DNA of 63,913 nt, filler included, from Octopus bimaculoides (GCF_001194135.2; 8 parts of 7 records of this genome joined end to end with filler, not necessarily neighbours in it), one strand, 5' to 3'; positions 24,236 to 38,485 are shown, counted from the whole stretch's first letter. A program made the numbers and translations. Notes: generated by a model not told the origin, from the letters alone.

Positions 24236-25589
24236 GCCTGTATGTGTGTGTGTGTGTATATATATGTGTGTGTATATGTATGTATGTTTAGGCATTCCAG
24301 TTACTTGAATCAGCAGCCATTTAAGTTTTGCACTCCCAAACTTAAAATATGTGAGAAACTAAACCAGCTACAACAACAACAGCAACAGGGTATCAACAGC
24401 ACATTTCAATGGTTATAAAGAATAGATTTCTCATAACGATCTTAACGACTACGTTATTAATTAAAATTTGGTTTTTTGTGGGTCCTATTTTGGTGTTGCT
24501 TAGTCTCAAGTCAGACTGCACACACTCATAGATGGCATTTGGTAACTGACTGGAGGCCTGTCCCCAAAGTCCTCTGACTATGTTCTTTCCTGTTTGGTTT
24601 TCTTTGGTGGTGGTCATGGCAGCTGTATTTTCTCTTTTATCTGTTTCAGTCATGGGACTGCACCTATGCTGGGGCACCGACCCGGGGGGTTCAGTTGTTT
24701 AAAACAACCCCAGTACTTGTCTTTTAAAAGTTTGGTACTCGCTCTGTCAGTCTCCTTTGTCAAACAGCTGAGTTATAGGGACGTTAAAAAACCAACACAG
24801 CCAGATGCCTTTCCTGTCACTTCTTACAATGCACAGTACATTTATTTTTAAAGCAGGATTGTGTTTGTGTATCATTGTCATCATCATTGTCTAACATCCA
24901 TTTTCCATGCAGGCAAGGGTCGGACAGTTTAACAAGATCTGACGGTTCCATGGACAACATTGTAATTCAGTATCTACTGTAGCATGGTTTTTATGGCAGG
25001 ATGCCCTTATTAACACTATCCACTTAATAGTGTGTACTGGGGGCATTTTCTTTTTTTGGCACTAGCTCTAGTGAGGCTACCATGCAGCTTGCAACACTAT
25101 TAAACCCCAAGGATGGAAAGAAGGGGCAGCTTTACGCTAGGGGAAGAGCAGGTTTCTTGATATAGAGAGTTTTTGAAGAGAGGGTGAGGATGATCAGCTG
25201 GAGGTGCAAAAAGTTAAATAGTGCTGATTAAAGTGTTCAGGTACTCCCTTGTCTATTCTTTGCGAAGAAGAGCAGATGCTCGAAATGTAAACCTGATATT
25301 GTTTGTTTCTTACCTTGTCCTCCTGTTTCTTTTTAAGTTTTTGTATCACACACACATGCACATCATCATCATCATCATTATATATCACCAGTGATGGGGA
25401 GCACAAGTGTATGATTAATTCAGATCAATGTGAATGAATAAGGATTATATCTGACAGAATAATCTGAATGCTAAAGGGTTAAAAAACCAAAAGGGTGGGT
25501 GGGCGGATCTGTTGGACTAAAAGTTCTTCGAGTTGTGCCCCAGCACGGCCACAGTCTAATGACTGAAACAAGTAAAAGAGAAAAGAAAA

Positions 25590-25865
25590 CAGGAAATAGG
25601 TAGATAGATAGGCAGGTATGTTGATAGATAAATAGATAGATAGATGGGTAGTTAGAGGGTAGATGGATGGATAGACAGACAGACAGACATACTTATGGAT
25701 GGATACATAGATAGTTGGATAGGTTGAGAGAGAGATAGATAAATAGTTAGACTAACAGACTGATGGCTGGATACATAGATGGATAGGTTGATAGGTAGAT
25801 GGATGGATAGATAGATAGATAGATAGACAGATAGGTGGCGATGGATGGATGGATATGTAGATAGA
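25590..25865. repeat. Complex (GATA)n/(GGAT)n/(GACA)n tetranucleotide microsatellite
   Basis: Read directly from the sequence. Confidence 0.9.
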
Positions 25866-26452
25866 GTAAATAAAGGGGGGTGAAAGGAGGGGGTAAACGC
25901 CTCCCCCCTCCCTATTTTACAGTATATTCCTGTCTATATTATCAGTGGTGATAATCAGCAGGCTTTTTAAGTCCTGAGTAATTTTCCAAAACTTTGCCCT
26001 ACTTCACAGGAAACCAGCCCCTACCTCTCTCTCTCTCTCTCTTCCATTTTTTTTTCTGGGTTTTCTTCTGGGGGAAGGAGAGAGTGAGTGAGACAATGTG
26101 GGACCTGACTTGGGCTAAAATAAATAAATAAAAGAATAAAATGCATATAAACATACAAAAAGTTGTGTATGTGTGTGTGTTTGTGTGTGTGTGTATATTG
26201 CTGACTTGACTGTTGTTGTGTAGTTAGTACTGAGTGTTAACTGAATATAGCAGGTTTCTGAATTAATTTGCCAGGGTGTGTATGTGCGCTGGGTGTTAGT
26301 TAAGCTGGCTATATCTTGATCTTAATCTCCTGTCTATGTCTATGCATGTGTGAGCGTTTGTGTATATTATAAGTATGCTTTCTCATCTTCCCACCCCTTT
26401 TCTGCTCTGTCTTGGTGAGTATGAACGTGTATACACACATATATATGTGTAT

Positions 26453-26483
<31 letters not shown>

Positions 26484-26783
26484 TACACATACAAGCATCA
26501 TAAATATTTATAACGTATAGATTCACTGTAATTCTCTCTCCACACTCCTATGTGTGTATGTGTACATGCATATTAATTTGCTTATCTTTGTATGTATGTA
26601 TATATATATATAATAATCATTGTCATCATTTAATGCCCACGATGATGATTATACACACACACACACACACACACACACAATCAAGCAAATTAATATGCAT
26701 ATATATATATATATGTGTGTGTGAGTATATATATGTTTATATATGCATGTATATGTATGTATGTATGTATATATATAATGGTT

Positions 26784-26842
<59 letters not shown>

Positions 26843-26917
26843 ATATATATATATATATGAATCTATGTATGTTTANNNNNNNNNNTGAATGTTTGTATGT
26901 GTATTTATACATGAATG

Positions 26918-26968
<51 letters not shown>

Positions 26969-27348
26969 GAATGCATGTGTGTGTGTGTCATTTAATATCC
27001 ATTTTCCATGCTGACATAATGAGATAAAGGGTGAGAGAGAGAGAGTGTGTGTGTGTGTGATTGTGTGTGTGTATATGTCACGTGTGTGTAAGTTTAAAAT
27101 ATGTATGTATGTAGCTATCTATCTACCTACCTATCTATCTATCTATCTATCTATCTATGTATATGTAGAGAGATATCTAGATAAAGATAGATATATAAGA
27201 ATGAGGTGTATATTTGATTATTTTCTTTTCTTTTGAGAAATGATACAATATTGAACACATGGAAGATTATCTCATGAATATTTGAAAAACTATTAAAACT
27301 AAGTGGAAGTCTATGTAAGAAGTGCTATGGTGGCCTATATATACATAC

Positions 27349-27385
<37 letters not shown>

Positions 27386-27554
27386 NNNNNNNNNNNNNNN
27401 NNNNNNNNNNNNNNNNNNNNNNNNNNNNNNNNNNNNNNNNNNNNNNNNNNNNNNNNNNNNNNNNNNNNNNNNNNNNNNNNNNNNNNNNNNNNNNNNNNNN
27501 NNNNNNNNNNNNNNNNNNNNNNNNNNNNNNNACTCAAGTCCGTATCCCTTGTTA

Positions 27555-27586
<32 letters not shown>

Positions 27587-28116
27587 GCTTCTTTCAGGTT
27601 CTATCTGCCAAATCTACTCAAAGCTTTGGTTGGCCTGAGGCTGTATATAGTAGAAGACGACAACTGCCCAACGATGTGGTTGGGAGGTAAATTCCGTCAC
27701 CACACAGCCACGCCTGCCCGTCCCTGCACACTCATTCCTTTGTATAACGTCAATCATCATCTTCAGTCTGCTTTCCATGCTGGCATGGGTTGGACCTTTT
27801 GAAATGGAGCTGGCTAGCAGGGAGCAATCCAGACTCCAGCTGTCTGTTGCAGCATGATTTCTATGGCTGGATGCCCTTCCTTGTGCTAACCACTTAACAG
27901 TGTGTGCTGGGTGTTTCTTGCATGTCACCGACACGCATGCATTTATGCAGCACGGGCATGGGTGTGTTAACGCAGCGCCGGCAAAAGTGTGTTAATGCAA
28001 TACCGGCGCGGGTGTGTTAACGCAGTACCGGCACAGCTCCTTTTTAAGTGGCACTGGCACTGGAAAGGACTAGCCTGTAATGGTGGAAGTCCATGGTTTT
28101 ATTTAGATTGACACAT

Positions 28117-28568
28117 CTTATTTCGTCATTGCCCACAAGGGGCTAAACATAGAGGGGACAAACAAGGACAGACAAAGGGATTAAGTCGATTACATCGACC
28201 CCAGTGGGTAACTGGTACTAAAATTATCGACCCCGGAAGGATGAAAGCCTAAGTCGACCTCGGCGGAATTTGAACTCAGAACGTAGCAGCAGATGAAATA
28301 CCGCTAAGCATTTCACCTGGCGTACTAATGTTTCTTATTTCTTTATTACCCACAAGGGGTTACACACAGAGGGGACAAACGAGGACAGACAAAGGGATTA
28401 AGTCGATTACATTGCCCCAGTGCTTAACTGGTACTTATTTAATCGACCCCAAAAGGATGAAAGGCCAAGTTGACCTCGGCGGAATTTGAACTCAGAACGT
28501 AGCGGCAGACGAAATATCGCTAAGCATTTAGCCCGGTGTGCTAATGTTTCTGCCAGCTCACCACCTTT
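28117..28568 (-). mobile_element. Head-to-tail dimer of a tRNA-derived SINE (family B)
   Basis: Two ~220-bp units, each with gagttcaaattcc (B box) and gtcgactt.gcctttcatcc..cggggtcgat; monomers at 36912-37135 and ~39465-39670. Confidence 0.85.
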
Positions 28569-28594
28569 TTGACACATAAGATCGACATATCTTT

Positions 28595-28860
28595 TCAAAC
28601 ACAGTAAATCACCACCTCTTCCGGTCCCTTATTTCCTGAGTGAAGCCCAGCAGCCATAGATCCATTTTCACCACTTCATCCCACATCTTCCTGGGTCTAC
28701 CCTTTCTACCGGGTACCCTCCACAATTAGAGCTCAGCACTTCTTTATACAGTTGTCCTCGTCCATACACATCACATGGCCAAACTAGCACAATTTTCTCG
28801 CTTGTACACAACAGCTGATGCCTCTTACACCCAGTTTTTCTCTTAAATCATTTATACCCT
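28595..28860 (-). mobile_element. RTE LINE ORF2 C-terminal fragment
   Basis: Translates as LREKLGVRGISCCVQARKLC*FGHVMCMDEDNCIKK...GRPRKMWDEVVK. Confidence 0.8.
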
Positions 28861-30309
28861 TCCTAATTCCAGCCACTTTACAATTAGTACTGGATATCTT
28901 TTTGCTATGATACAGGCAACATTATGGTCACCAAATAACTTGCAAGACAGGCAATATATACTTTGCAATTCAGACTGCAAGACTAGACCCTCAACTGAGG
29001 TAGTGGTGGAGTATTATAGTGTGAGCTAACTTCATGCCGAGTCGTAAGCAGTTAAAGAGTTTTAGAGGGATAGAAACAAGTGTCTTGCTTTAGAGGTGAT
29101 GCATTGCTACCTCTTTTGCACACATAGATCTATTTTTGGTTAACAATGTTGATAGCCATTCTATTCATCAGAGACCATACTTCTGGTTCTAGGATATAAA
29201 AAAACACACCCCATTTTAAAAGAGTTAATTAAAGAATAAAAACAAAAGAAAAGCTAAAACTCCAAAACCTGCTGTTAGATTTTTGTTGAAGAAACTTTTT
29301 TGTTCAGTAATTTTCCGAGCGCCAGCTTTATAATTACTGGGGAAATATGTTTGTTATTTAACTAAATCCTTCCAAATTGTTGATTATTTTAAAGAAACAA
29401 AGCCAAAGGAAAATGAATGGAGAAAAAAATTAATTGAAACGCGTAATTGAAACACATTGAGAATATGATCACGAAACAAGTTTAAAATATCGCTCGATTA
29501 CTTTACTCGCAGTTAAGCGTGCATATTTTCTGTTGCTCGTTTAAAAAGAACTAAAATAATTAAATAGATATGTAAATATTTGAACTAGTAACTGTACAGC
29601 TGGTGTTATCGCATCGGTTTAACTAAAACAGGTGAATTATTTAACCACTTCGTGACTGTATTTCCAATGAAATGCACTGTTTAAATTGTATATGCGTGTG
29701 TTTGTGTTTCAGTAATTAGTTTTTGAAGAACAATCAAGAATTTTGGAGGGGGTTTTTTAGCGAGAAAAAAATGTAGTAAAAATAACTTTTTGTCGTTATT
29801 GTGTGGGTGTTTGGAATGTAACTCGATGAAAAAGGTTCAAAGATTCTTGGATTAATACAATGATAGAAGGTTTTAATTTAAATATGAACGCTTTAGTATT
29901 AGAAGTTCCGTATCAAAAGAATCAGTGGTGGTAGTCATGGCTGTGATGGTGGTTGCAAATGGATTACTCTCAGAGCAGTTTTCTTTTCCTATGCTAATAA
30001 GCATGTGTGTGTGTGTGTAATGCACACAAACTCTGTGTGTCATCATCATCATCGTCATCACCATTTAATGTCCGTTTTCCATGCTGGTATTTGTTGGACG
30101 GTTTGACCAAAGCCAGCAAGCTAGAGGGCTGCACTAGGTTCCAGTCTGATTTGGTTTTTACCTTTTGCTAACGCTAACCACTTTGCAGAGTGTGCTAGGC
30201 GCTTTAACATGGCATCGCATGGGTGTTTTTACATGGTGCCACAAATACGCTTTTATGTGGCACTGCACAGGCACTTTTATATGGCACCATACAGGTGTGT
30301 GTATATATA

Positions 30310-30348
<39 letters not shown>

Positions 30349-30797
30349 NNNNNNNNNNNNNNNNNNNNNNNNNNNNNNNNNNNNNNNNNNNNNNNNNNNN
30401 NNNNNNNNNNNNNNNNNNNNNNNNNNNNNNNNNNNNNNNNNNNNNNNNNNNNNNNNNNNNNNNNNNNNNNNNNNNNNNNNNNNNNNNNNNNNNNNNNNNN
30501 NNNNNNNNNNNNNNNNNNNNNNNNNNNNNNNNNNNNNNNNNNNNNNNNNNNNNNNNNNNNNNNNNNNNNNNNNNNNNNNNNNNNNNNNNNNNNNNNNNNN
30601 NNNNNNNNNNNNNNNNNNNNNNNNNNNNNNNNNNNNNNNNNNNNNNNNNNNNNNNNNNNNNNNNNNNNNNNNNNNNNNNNNNNNNNNNNNNNNNNNNNNN
30701 NNNNNNNNNNNNNNNNNNNNNNNNNNNNNNNNNNNNNNNNNNNNNNNNNNNNNNNNNNNNNNNNNNNNNNNNNNNNNNNNNNNNNNNNNNNNNNNNN

Positions 30798-31228
30798 TAC
30801 TTGTTTCAGTCATTTGACTGTGGCCATGCTGGAGCACCGCCTTTAGTCGAGCAAATCGACACCAGGACTTATTCTTTGGAAGCCTAGTACTTATTCTATT
30901 GGACTATTTTGCCGAACTGCTAAGTTATGGGGACGTAAACACACCAGCATTGATTGTCAAGCGATGTTGGGGGGACAAACACAGACACACATACATATAT
31001 ACATATTATACTAGGTGGTGATGGTGTGGAGGGAGGGACAAACACACTCAAAGACATACGCATGCACACATACACGAACACATGCATATATACGACAGGC
31101 TTCTTTCAGTTTCCATCTACCAAATCTTCTCCCAAAGTTCCAGTCCGCCCAAGGCTATAGTGGGAGATACCTGCCCAAGGTGCCACGCTGTGGGGTTGAA
31201 CCCAGAACCATGTGGGTGGGAAGCAATA
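30798..31228 (-). mobile_element. tRNA-derived SINE (family A) with internal microsatellite spacer
   Basis: Head ggttcaaccccacagcgtggcaccttgggcagg, central microsatellite, tail ...ggtgctccagcatggccacagtcaaatgactgaaacaagta; many partial copies in the window. Confidence 0.85.
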
Positions 31229-31706
31229 GTTCTGTCTGTTGGATGTGTGTGTGTGTGCGTGTGTGAGAAGCTCAACAACAACAACAACAATCATATGCTT
31301 ATATAACTTGTTCAGCGTATATGTTTGTTTCAATGTTTGTTAAATGATTGTTGAACAAGGTTGATTTCGCTGCTATTTAGAGCAGATCGATCTATTACTC
31401 AGAGACCGTTTCTCTCTGCATTGTCTGTTTAATGCTCTCCTGGCTTGGCTCAAATGTTCTTTGTTTTAAAGGCAGCTAAGTGTTACGTACAACCATGTCT
31501 ATGTAATTTATAAACACTCGCACATACACATTCTCTGAGGGCTCGTCTCCGTATGCAAAAAGGTTATTTCTGAGCGTGTACATATAAACATACATGTCTC
31601 TGATTCTGCATATACACACACACACACACACATATATGCACACACATAATGTGACTGTGTGTGTGTGTTTATGTAAATGTATATCTCTCTCTATTTCTCT
31701 CTCTCT

Positions 31707-31790
<84 letters not shown>

Positions 31791-33454
31791 CTTTTATTCA
31801 TTTTGACTGTGGACATGCTGGAGCACTGCCTTTAGTCAAACAAATCGACCCCAAGACTTATTCCTTGTAAGCCAAATACTTATTCTATTGGTCTTTTTGG
31901 CCAAACTGCTGTTCTCAATTGGGGTCCATCTGACTCTAAGGGGTCGAAAAAAGATTCTGTTGTTAAGTTTATGAGCAATAAACTGGTTATAATTGTATAA
32001 AACACAAAATATTTCAATGATNNNNNNNNNNNNNNNNNNNNNNNNNNNNNNNNNNNNNNNNNNNNNNNNNNNNNNNNNNNNNNNNNNNNNNNNNNNNNNN
32101 NNNNNNNNNNNNNNNNNNNNNNNNNNNNNNNNNNNNNNNNNNNNNNNNNNNNNNNNNNNNNNNNNNNNNNNNNNNNNNNNNNNNNNNNNNNNNNNNNNNN
32201 NNNNNNNNNNNNNNNNNNNNNNNNNNNNNNNNNNNNNNNNNNNNNNNNNNNNNNNNNNNNNNNNNNNNNNNNNNNNNNNNNNNNNNNNNNNNNNNNNNNN
32301 NNNNNNNNNNNNNNNNNNNNNNNNNNNNNNNNNNNNNNNNNNNNNNNNNNNNNNNNNNNNNNNNNNNNNNNNNNNNNNNNNNNNNNNNNNNNNNNNNNNN
32401 NNNNNNNNNNNNNNNNNNNNNNNNNNNNNNNNNNNNNNNNNNNNNNNNNNNNNNNNNNNNNNNNNNNNNNNNNNNNNNNNNNNNNNNNNNNNNNNNNNNN
32501 NNNNNNNNNNNNNNNNNNNNNNNNNNNNNNNNNNNNNNNNNNNNNNNNNNNNNNNNNNNNNNNNNNNNNNNNNNNNNNNNNNNNNNNNNNNNNNNNNNNN
32601 NNNNNNNNNNNNNNNNNNNNNNNNNNNNNNNNNNNNNNNNNNNNNNNNNNNNNNNNNNNNNNNNNNNNNNNNNNNNNNNNNNNNNNNNNNNNNNNNNNNN
32701 NNNNNNNNNNNNNNNNNNNNNNNNNNNNNNNNNNNNNNNNNNNNNNNNNNNNNNNNNNNNNNNNNNNNNNNNNNNNNNNNNNNNNNNNNNNNNNNNNNNN
32801 NNNNNNNNNNNNNNNNNNNNNNNNNNNNNNNNNNNNNNNNNNNNNNNNNNNNNNNNNNNNNNNNNNNNNNNNNNNNNNNNNNNNNNNNNNNNNNNNNNNN
32901 NNNNNNNNNNNNNNNNNNNNNNNNNCAAGCAATCTCCTATTATGTTGTTCTATTTTGTTGTTGTTGTTTTTTTTGTTTGTTTGTTTTTTTGCTGGTAGTT
33001 GGTGCATTTCTGGTGCAGCCATATGATGAGGGGGGGATGGGGGGGGGAAGGAATCAATACTGAAAGATGTCGATTGTTGTTGTTTGTTACTGAATGCAGG
33101 CACCCTTCGATAGATCGGAGGAGAGTTGAATGCACTGCCAAAACTTGAATGGGGAAAGTATATAAGATATACATACATATATATATCTACATATAGTGTT
33201 TGTGTGTGTGTGTATATTTATATATATATATAAATATGCATATGTGTGTGTATATGTATATACATGCACTCAATGTTTGTAAGATGTGTGTGTGTGTGTA
33301 TATATATATATATACATTCACAAACATTGTGAGTGTATACACACACATTTATGCACGCACATATATAAGGCATTGTATCTAATATATATAGTACATGTGT
33401 GTGTGTAGTACACAGTCTCACACACTCACATACATTCACTACAAACGTGTGTAA

Positions 33455-33502
<48 letters not shown>

Positions 33503-33559
33503 NNNNNNNNNNCACTCACTATATATATATATATATATATATATACATACATATAGTGA

Positions 33560-33598
<39 letters not shown>

Positions 33599-34429
33599 TA
33601 CACACACACACACATGTACTTCATATATTAGATACAATGCCTTATCTATATGTTTGTGCATAAATATATGTGTGTGTGTGTATATGTATGTAATATAATA
33701 TAAATTCCATATATTATATGCATACATGATTGTTTGTGTATAAATGTGTGTGAGAAAGGGAGGGAGGGAGAGAATGAGAGATGCAATCACACATCTGCAT
33801 ATATATGTATATATATATACACATATATATCCGCATATACATAAATGTGTGTACTGATTAAAAAATGGAATATGAAGAAGTGAGGACAAAACGTTAATGG
33901 AAATAACAATTGAGGGGAAAAGATATAAAAAAAAAAACAACTGAAAATATACCCCCCCCCAAAAAAAAAATAAAGAAAGAAAGCGAAGCAAAAATGAGCG
34001 AAAGAATGAAATGTTATATAGATTAGTCTGTATATATATAAAATATCATGGTGTTTGAATGAGTGTGAGAACAAGAAAATACATAACAAAAAATTTTGAT
34101 GAATATAATTGTTAGGTGTTATGGCAGAAGGGTTAAATTTGAGACAAATGCAGTTGTTTACCAGAGCTATGGCGAAAACAATGATATATATATATATATA
34201 TANNNNNNNNNNNNNNNNNNNNNNNNNNNNNNNNNNNNNNNNNNNNNNNNNNNNNNNNNNNNNNNNNNNNNNNNNNNNNNNNNNNNNNNNNNNNNNNNNN
34301 NNNNNNNNNNNNNNNNNNNNNNNNNNNNNNNNNNNNNNNNNNNNNNNNNNNNNNNNNNNNNNNNNNNNNNNNNNNNNNNNNNNNNNNNNNNNNNNNNNNN
34401 NNNNNNNNNNNNNNNNNNNNNNNNNNNNN

Positions 34430-34645
34430 GGCTTCTGCGGGTGGCACATAAAAGACACCATTTCGAGCGTGGCCGTTTTCGTGCGGGTGACACGTAAAAG
34501 CACCCACTACACTCTGAGTGGTTGGCGTTAGGAAGGGCATCCAGCTGTGGAAACACTGCCAAATCAGATTGGAGCCTGGTGTAGCCATCCGGTTTCACTA
34601 GTCCTCAGTCAAATCGTCCAACCCATGCTAGCATGGAAAGCAGAC
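34430..34645 (+). mobile_element. Young RTE 3' UTR copy
   Basis: Nearly identical to 62138-62408 and 50195-50370; (GAT)n tail. Confidence 0.85.
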
Positions 34646-34909
34646 GTTAAACGATGATGATGATGATACACATTTGGAAGTACAGATATGTGTGTATGTG
34701 TTATATGTATGCTCTAAAACATGCACATACACATGTGCGTAGATATAGATATATATACACACACGTGTAGCTGTTTACCAAAGCTGTGTTGAAAACAATA
34801 AAATATAAATGCATGTGAAAATTTATATATAAGTATACATATCTTTATCTGTGTTATGTTATATGAACTTGTACATACTGAAAAACTCAGGGACCACACA
34901 GACCACACA

Positions 34910-34953
<44 letters not shown>

Positions 34954-35148
34954 CGCGTGTATGTGTATTCATTCCTCAACTTTCCAGTAAAATATCACAC
35001 AATAATGGCTTAGCCATTGTAATGTGTGTGTGTGTGTGTGTGTTTGTGTGTGCCTTTGCATATGTGGCTGTTTCTATATATACAAATCCACCCATCTGTC
35101 TGTCTATCTAGCCATCTCTGTCTGTTTGTCTATCTATCTCTGTCTGTC

Positions 35149-35190
<42 letters not shown>

Positions 35191-35539
35191 TCTCTCTCTC
35201 TCTCCCTCTCTCCCTCTATCTGTCTATCGATCTCTGTCTGTCTATCTATCTCTCTCTGCCTGTCCATCTCTATCTATCTGAATCTCTCTCCATCTCTGAC
35301 GGACTCTCTTGTCATATTCAACAAATGAGGGCCCCAAAATTTTCCTTCTTCCCTCCTTTTCTTTCCCTTTCTCTGGATGATCTTGGTGAAAAGTGGAGCA
35401 AACAGGTCCCTTGGACAGCCCACACAGTGCCTTGTTTCAAGTGATTAGGGCTTCTGTGGGACCTTTCACCTTCTTTGGTACTGCTGATAGCAACAGCTGG
35501 GACAAATATGTCACAAGACTGATGAACAGCAGCATCATC

Positions 35540-35772
35540 ATCATCATCATCGTTTAACGTCCGCTTTCCATGCTAGTATGGGTTGGACTATTTGACTGAG
35601 GACTGATGAAACCAGATGGCTACACCAGGCTCAAATCTGATTTGGCAGAGTTTCTACAGCTGGATGTCCTTCCTAACGCCAACCACTCCGAGAGTGTAGT
35701 GGATGCTTTTACATGCCACCAGCACGAAGGCCAGTCAGGCGGTACTGGCAACGGCCACACTCAAAATGGTGT
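35540..35772 (-). mobile_element. Young RTE 3' UTR copy, inverted relative to 34430-34645
   Basis: (CAT)n-cgtttaacgtccgctttccatgctag...ccactccgagagtgtagtgg. Confidence 0.85.
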
Positions 35773-35839
35773 ATTGACTTTCTTTCAATTTCTGTCTACT
35801 AAATCCTCTCACAAGGCTTTGGTCTGCCTGGGGCTACAG

Positions 35840-35939
35840 NNNNNNNNNNNNNNNNNNNNNNNNNNNNNNNNNNNNNNNNNNNNTTAATTAATTAANNNNN
35901 NNNNNNNNNNNNNNNNNNNNNNNNNNNNNNNNNNNNNNN
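35840..35939. other. Artificial scaffold-joining spacer
   Basis: 44 N + TTAATTAATTAA + 44 N. Confidence 0.97.
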
Positions 35940-36276
35940 GGGGGGGGGGGGGCACCTGTACTGGTGGCACATAAAAAGCACCCTTCAAACGTTGGGCCTC
36001 ACAAAGGTGATAAGTGACCAAGATCTTTGACAATACACTGTGCTTGAGAAAATTCATAAAGCCAAGTGAAATCATAGTTGTGGGTGATATTGGTAGTATA
36101 TCTGTTAGAAATTATCAATTCTATCACATGGAATGTTAGTGTTTCTCTCAATCTTGGTGCTTTCATCCAAGACGGAGACAAACATCAATGCTCCATGTGA
36201 CAGGCTTGATAATCATTAAGAGATATTTGTTTAACATGAAACCAATGGTAGCCTGGTTAAACCACATGAATATTTA

Positions 36277-36820
36277 TAGGTGCAGGAGTAGTTGTGTGGT
36301 AAGAAGCTTGCTTCCCAACCACATGGCTCCGGGTCCAGTCTCACTGCATGGAACCTTGGGCAAGTGTCTTCTATAGCCTTGGGCCAACCAAAGCCTTGTG
36401 AGTGAATTTGATAGAGGGAAACTGAAAGAAGCCCATCATATATATATATGTATTTATGTATGTATTTGTGTCTCTGTGTTTGTCTCCCAACCATTGCTTG
36501 ACAACCAATTTTGGTGTGTTTACATCCCTGTAATTGAGCAGTTCGGCAAGATGAGACCGATAGAATATGTACTCGGCTTATGAAGAATAAGCCCTGAGGT
36601 TGATTCGTTTGACTAAAGACGGTGCTCCAGCTGGAGCACCGTCTTTAGTCAAACGAATCAACCTCAGGGCTTATTCTTTGGAGCACCGTCTTTAGTCAAA
36701 CGAATCAACCTCAGGGCTTATTCTTCATAAGCCGAGTACATATTCTATCGGTCTCATCTTGCCGAACTGCTCAATTACAGGGATGTAAACACATGACTGA
36801 AACAAACAAAAGAATAAAAG
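36277..36820 (+). mobile_element. SINE family A carrying an internal perfect inverted duplication
   Basis: Normal head at 36277; arm 36515-36630 is mirrored by 36631-36678 and 36679-36793; the normal tail tgactgaaac then resumes. Confidence 0.85.
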
Positions 36821-36911
36821 CATATATAATATGTATTGTATGACTGGGGCATATGTACATGTACACACTAACATATCAGTCACTCAAACTCATCATTATC
36901 ATCATCAATTT

Positions 36912-37135
36912 AAGGCAGTGAGCAGGCAGAAACGTAAGCACGCCGGGTGAAATGCTTAGCAGTATTTCATCTATCTTTACGTTCTAAGTTTAAATTCCAC
37001 CGAGGCCAGCTTTGTCTTTTATCCTTTCAGGGTCGATAAAACAAGTACCAGTTGTGTACTGGGATTGATCTAATCGACTGTCCCCCCCCCTCCCCCAAAA
37101 TTTCGGGCCTTGTGCCTAAAGTAGGAAAGATTATC
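36912..37135 (+). mobile_element. tRNA-derived SINE family B, monomer
   Basis: ggcagtgagcaggcagaaacgtaagcacgccggg...aagtttaaattcc...atcctttcagggtcgataaaacaagtaccag. Confidence 0.8.
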
Positions 37136-37667
37136 ATCATCAATTCATGTCCATTTTCCATGCTGTCATTGGTTGAATGTTTCAACAGGATCCAACATAT
37201 TGAAGGACCACATCTAGCACCAGTGACTCAGTTATAGCATGGTTTCTATGACTCAGTGCCCTTCCTAATGCCAACCCTGTATTAGTGGTTTTTCATGTGA
37301 CGAGCTCTTTCTTGTGAGGTCTTTAAGCAACAGGAGAGTAAATGAGGTAGAACTGGAAAGTGGGGCAAAGATGGTGGTGAAAAGGTGTTCAAGCATAGCC
37401 TTAAGGTACAAGAAGTTGAATAGAAGCATGTAGGGAGAGGCGATGAAAAAGAGTGGATGGATAGAGGTTGTGACAGTGTTTGAGGGGAGAGTAAGAGGTG
37501 AAAATGAAGATGGGTGTGAATTTAGTGAATGATGAACAACCATTTCCACCACCACCATTACCATCATAACCATCACCGTTATAATTATCACAACCATCAT
37601 CATCATCACAATCGTCAATAAACATCGAAATGATTATTGTTTTTCTTTTTGTTTTGTTTATTTTCAG

Positions 37668-37746
37668 GAGACTGAGAAACAGTTAACTCACTGGGAATTC
37701 CGTCATAAATTATTGAAACGAATGAAAAGTGGTTATGACTTGGCTC
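37668..37746 (+). CDS. ANKFN1: ANKFN1/wide awake orthologue exon (79 bp): ETEKQLTHWEFRHKLLKRMKSGYDLA(R)
   Basis: ttttcag acceptor and gtaagt donor; matches human ANKFN1 EKQLKAWEWRYRLYRRMKTGFEHA; phase 0 to 1. Confidence 0.93.
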
Positions 37747-38485
37747 GTAAGTATTCTTTAAGATTGATTAATTTTATGTTGACCCCACCCACACACCACC
37801 ACTACTGACCTCTACACATATTGCAGCCAATTAAGATATAGCAGCGAAATCTCCCTCAAATCATACTTTATAACTTAAAAAACAGGAAGGATTTCTTGAA
37901 TAATGAATAGATATGAGAATTGAATTTTTTTTTCTTTTGTCTTTGGTCAGTAAGTGTTATGTCCAATTTGCTTCGGTCTAAAAATCAAAGGAAATGACTA
38001 CTATTCCCTTCAAACTTTGCTTTTGTCACCTGGACATCAATGTTTAGAAACTGACCTATTTTCCATTACATTTCAGACAGATTCAGTGCTGAGTTGCAAA
38101 TATTCTGCTTAATACCACAAATTCGTCAGTTACTTGACCTTAACCACCTGAGCATGTCCCTTAGTGGCTAATAATATGTGCATCTCTGATCATGAGCAGG
38201 AGTAGTGGGAGAGCGTCATAGATTTGTATTGGGAAGGATTTTTTTGTGGATTTGAATAAATGTAGCAAAAGAAAAGTTTGGAGGAATTATTAGCCATTTT
38301 TCATGCTTTCTAAGGGTAAGCAAATAGGAAATAACAGTTCCTACCCAAGGACAAAGATCATGTTACACAGTGTAATAGATGAGATGGTCATATGTGCATT
38401 TGTATGTATGTATTTGTGTATTTGTAAAAGCAAAGTCAGCAATGCAGAATTTTAGGTTTGTTAAGGCTGCCCTAACACTTCATAG

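Noticed and set aside
25255-25305. Hammerhead-like gcgaagaagagcagatgctcgaaatgta
   Set aside because: Stem II (GAGC/GCTC) and GAAA are present, but the CUGA core is mutated and stems I and III do not form; at most a dead relic.
29140-29180. Minus-strand ggtctCTGATGAatagaatggctatcaac, hammerhead-like
   Set aside because: Stem II is plausible but the GAAA box is missing.
13046-35839. Further TAT exons (NNPSNPCG motif onward) or ANKFN1 ankyrin exons
   Set aside because: I searched by eye and found none with both motif and splice sites; they may lie in N gaps or on other scaffolds.
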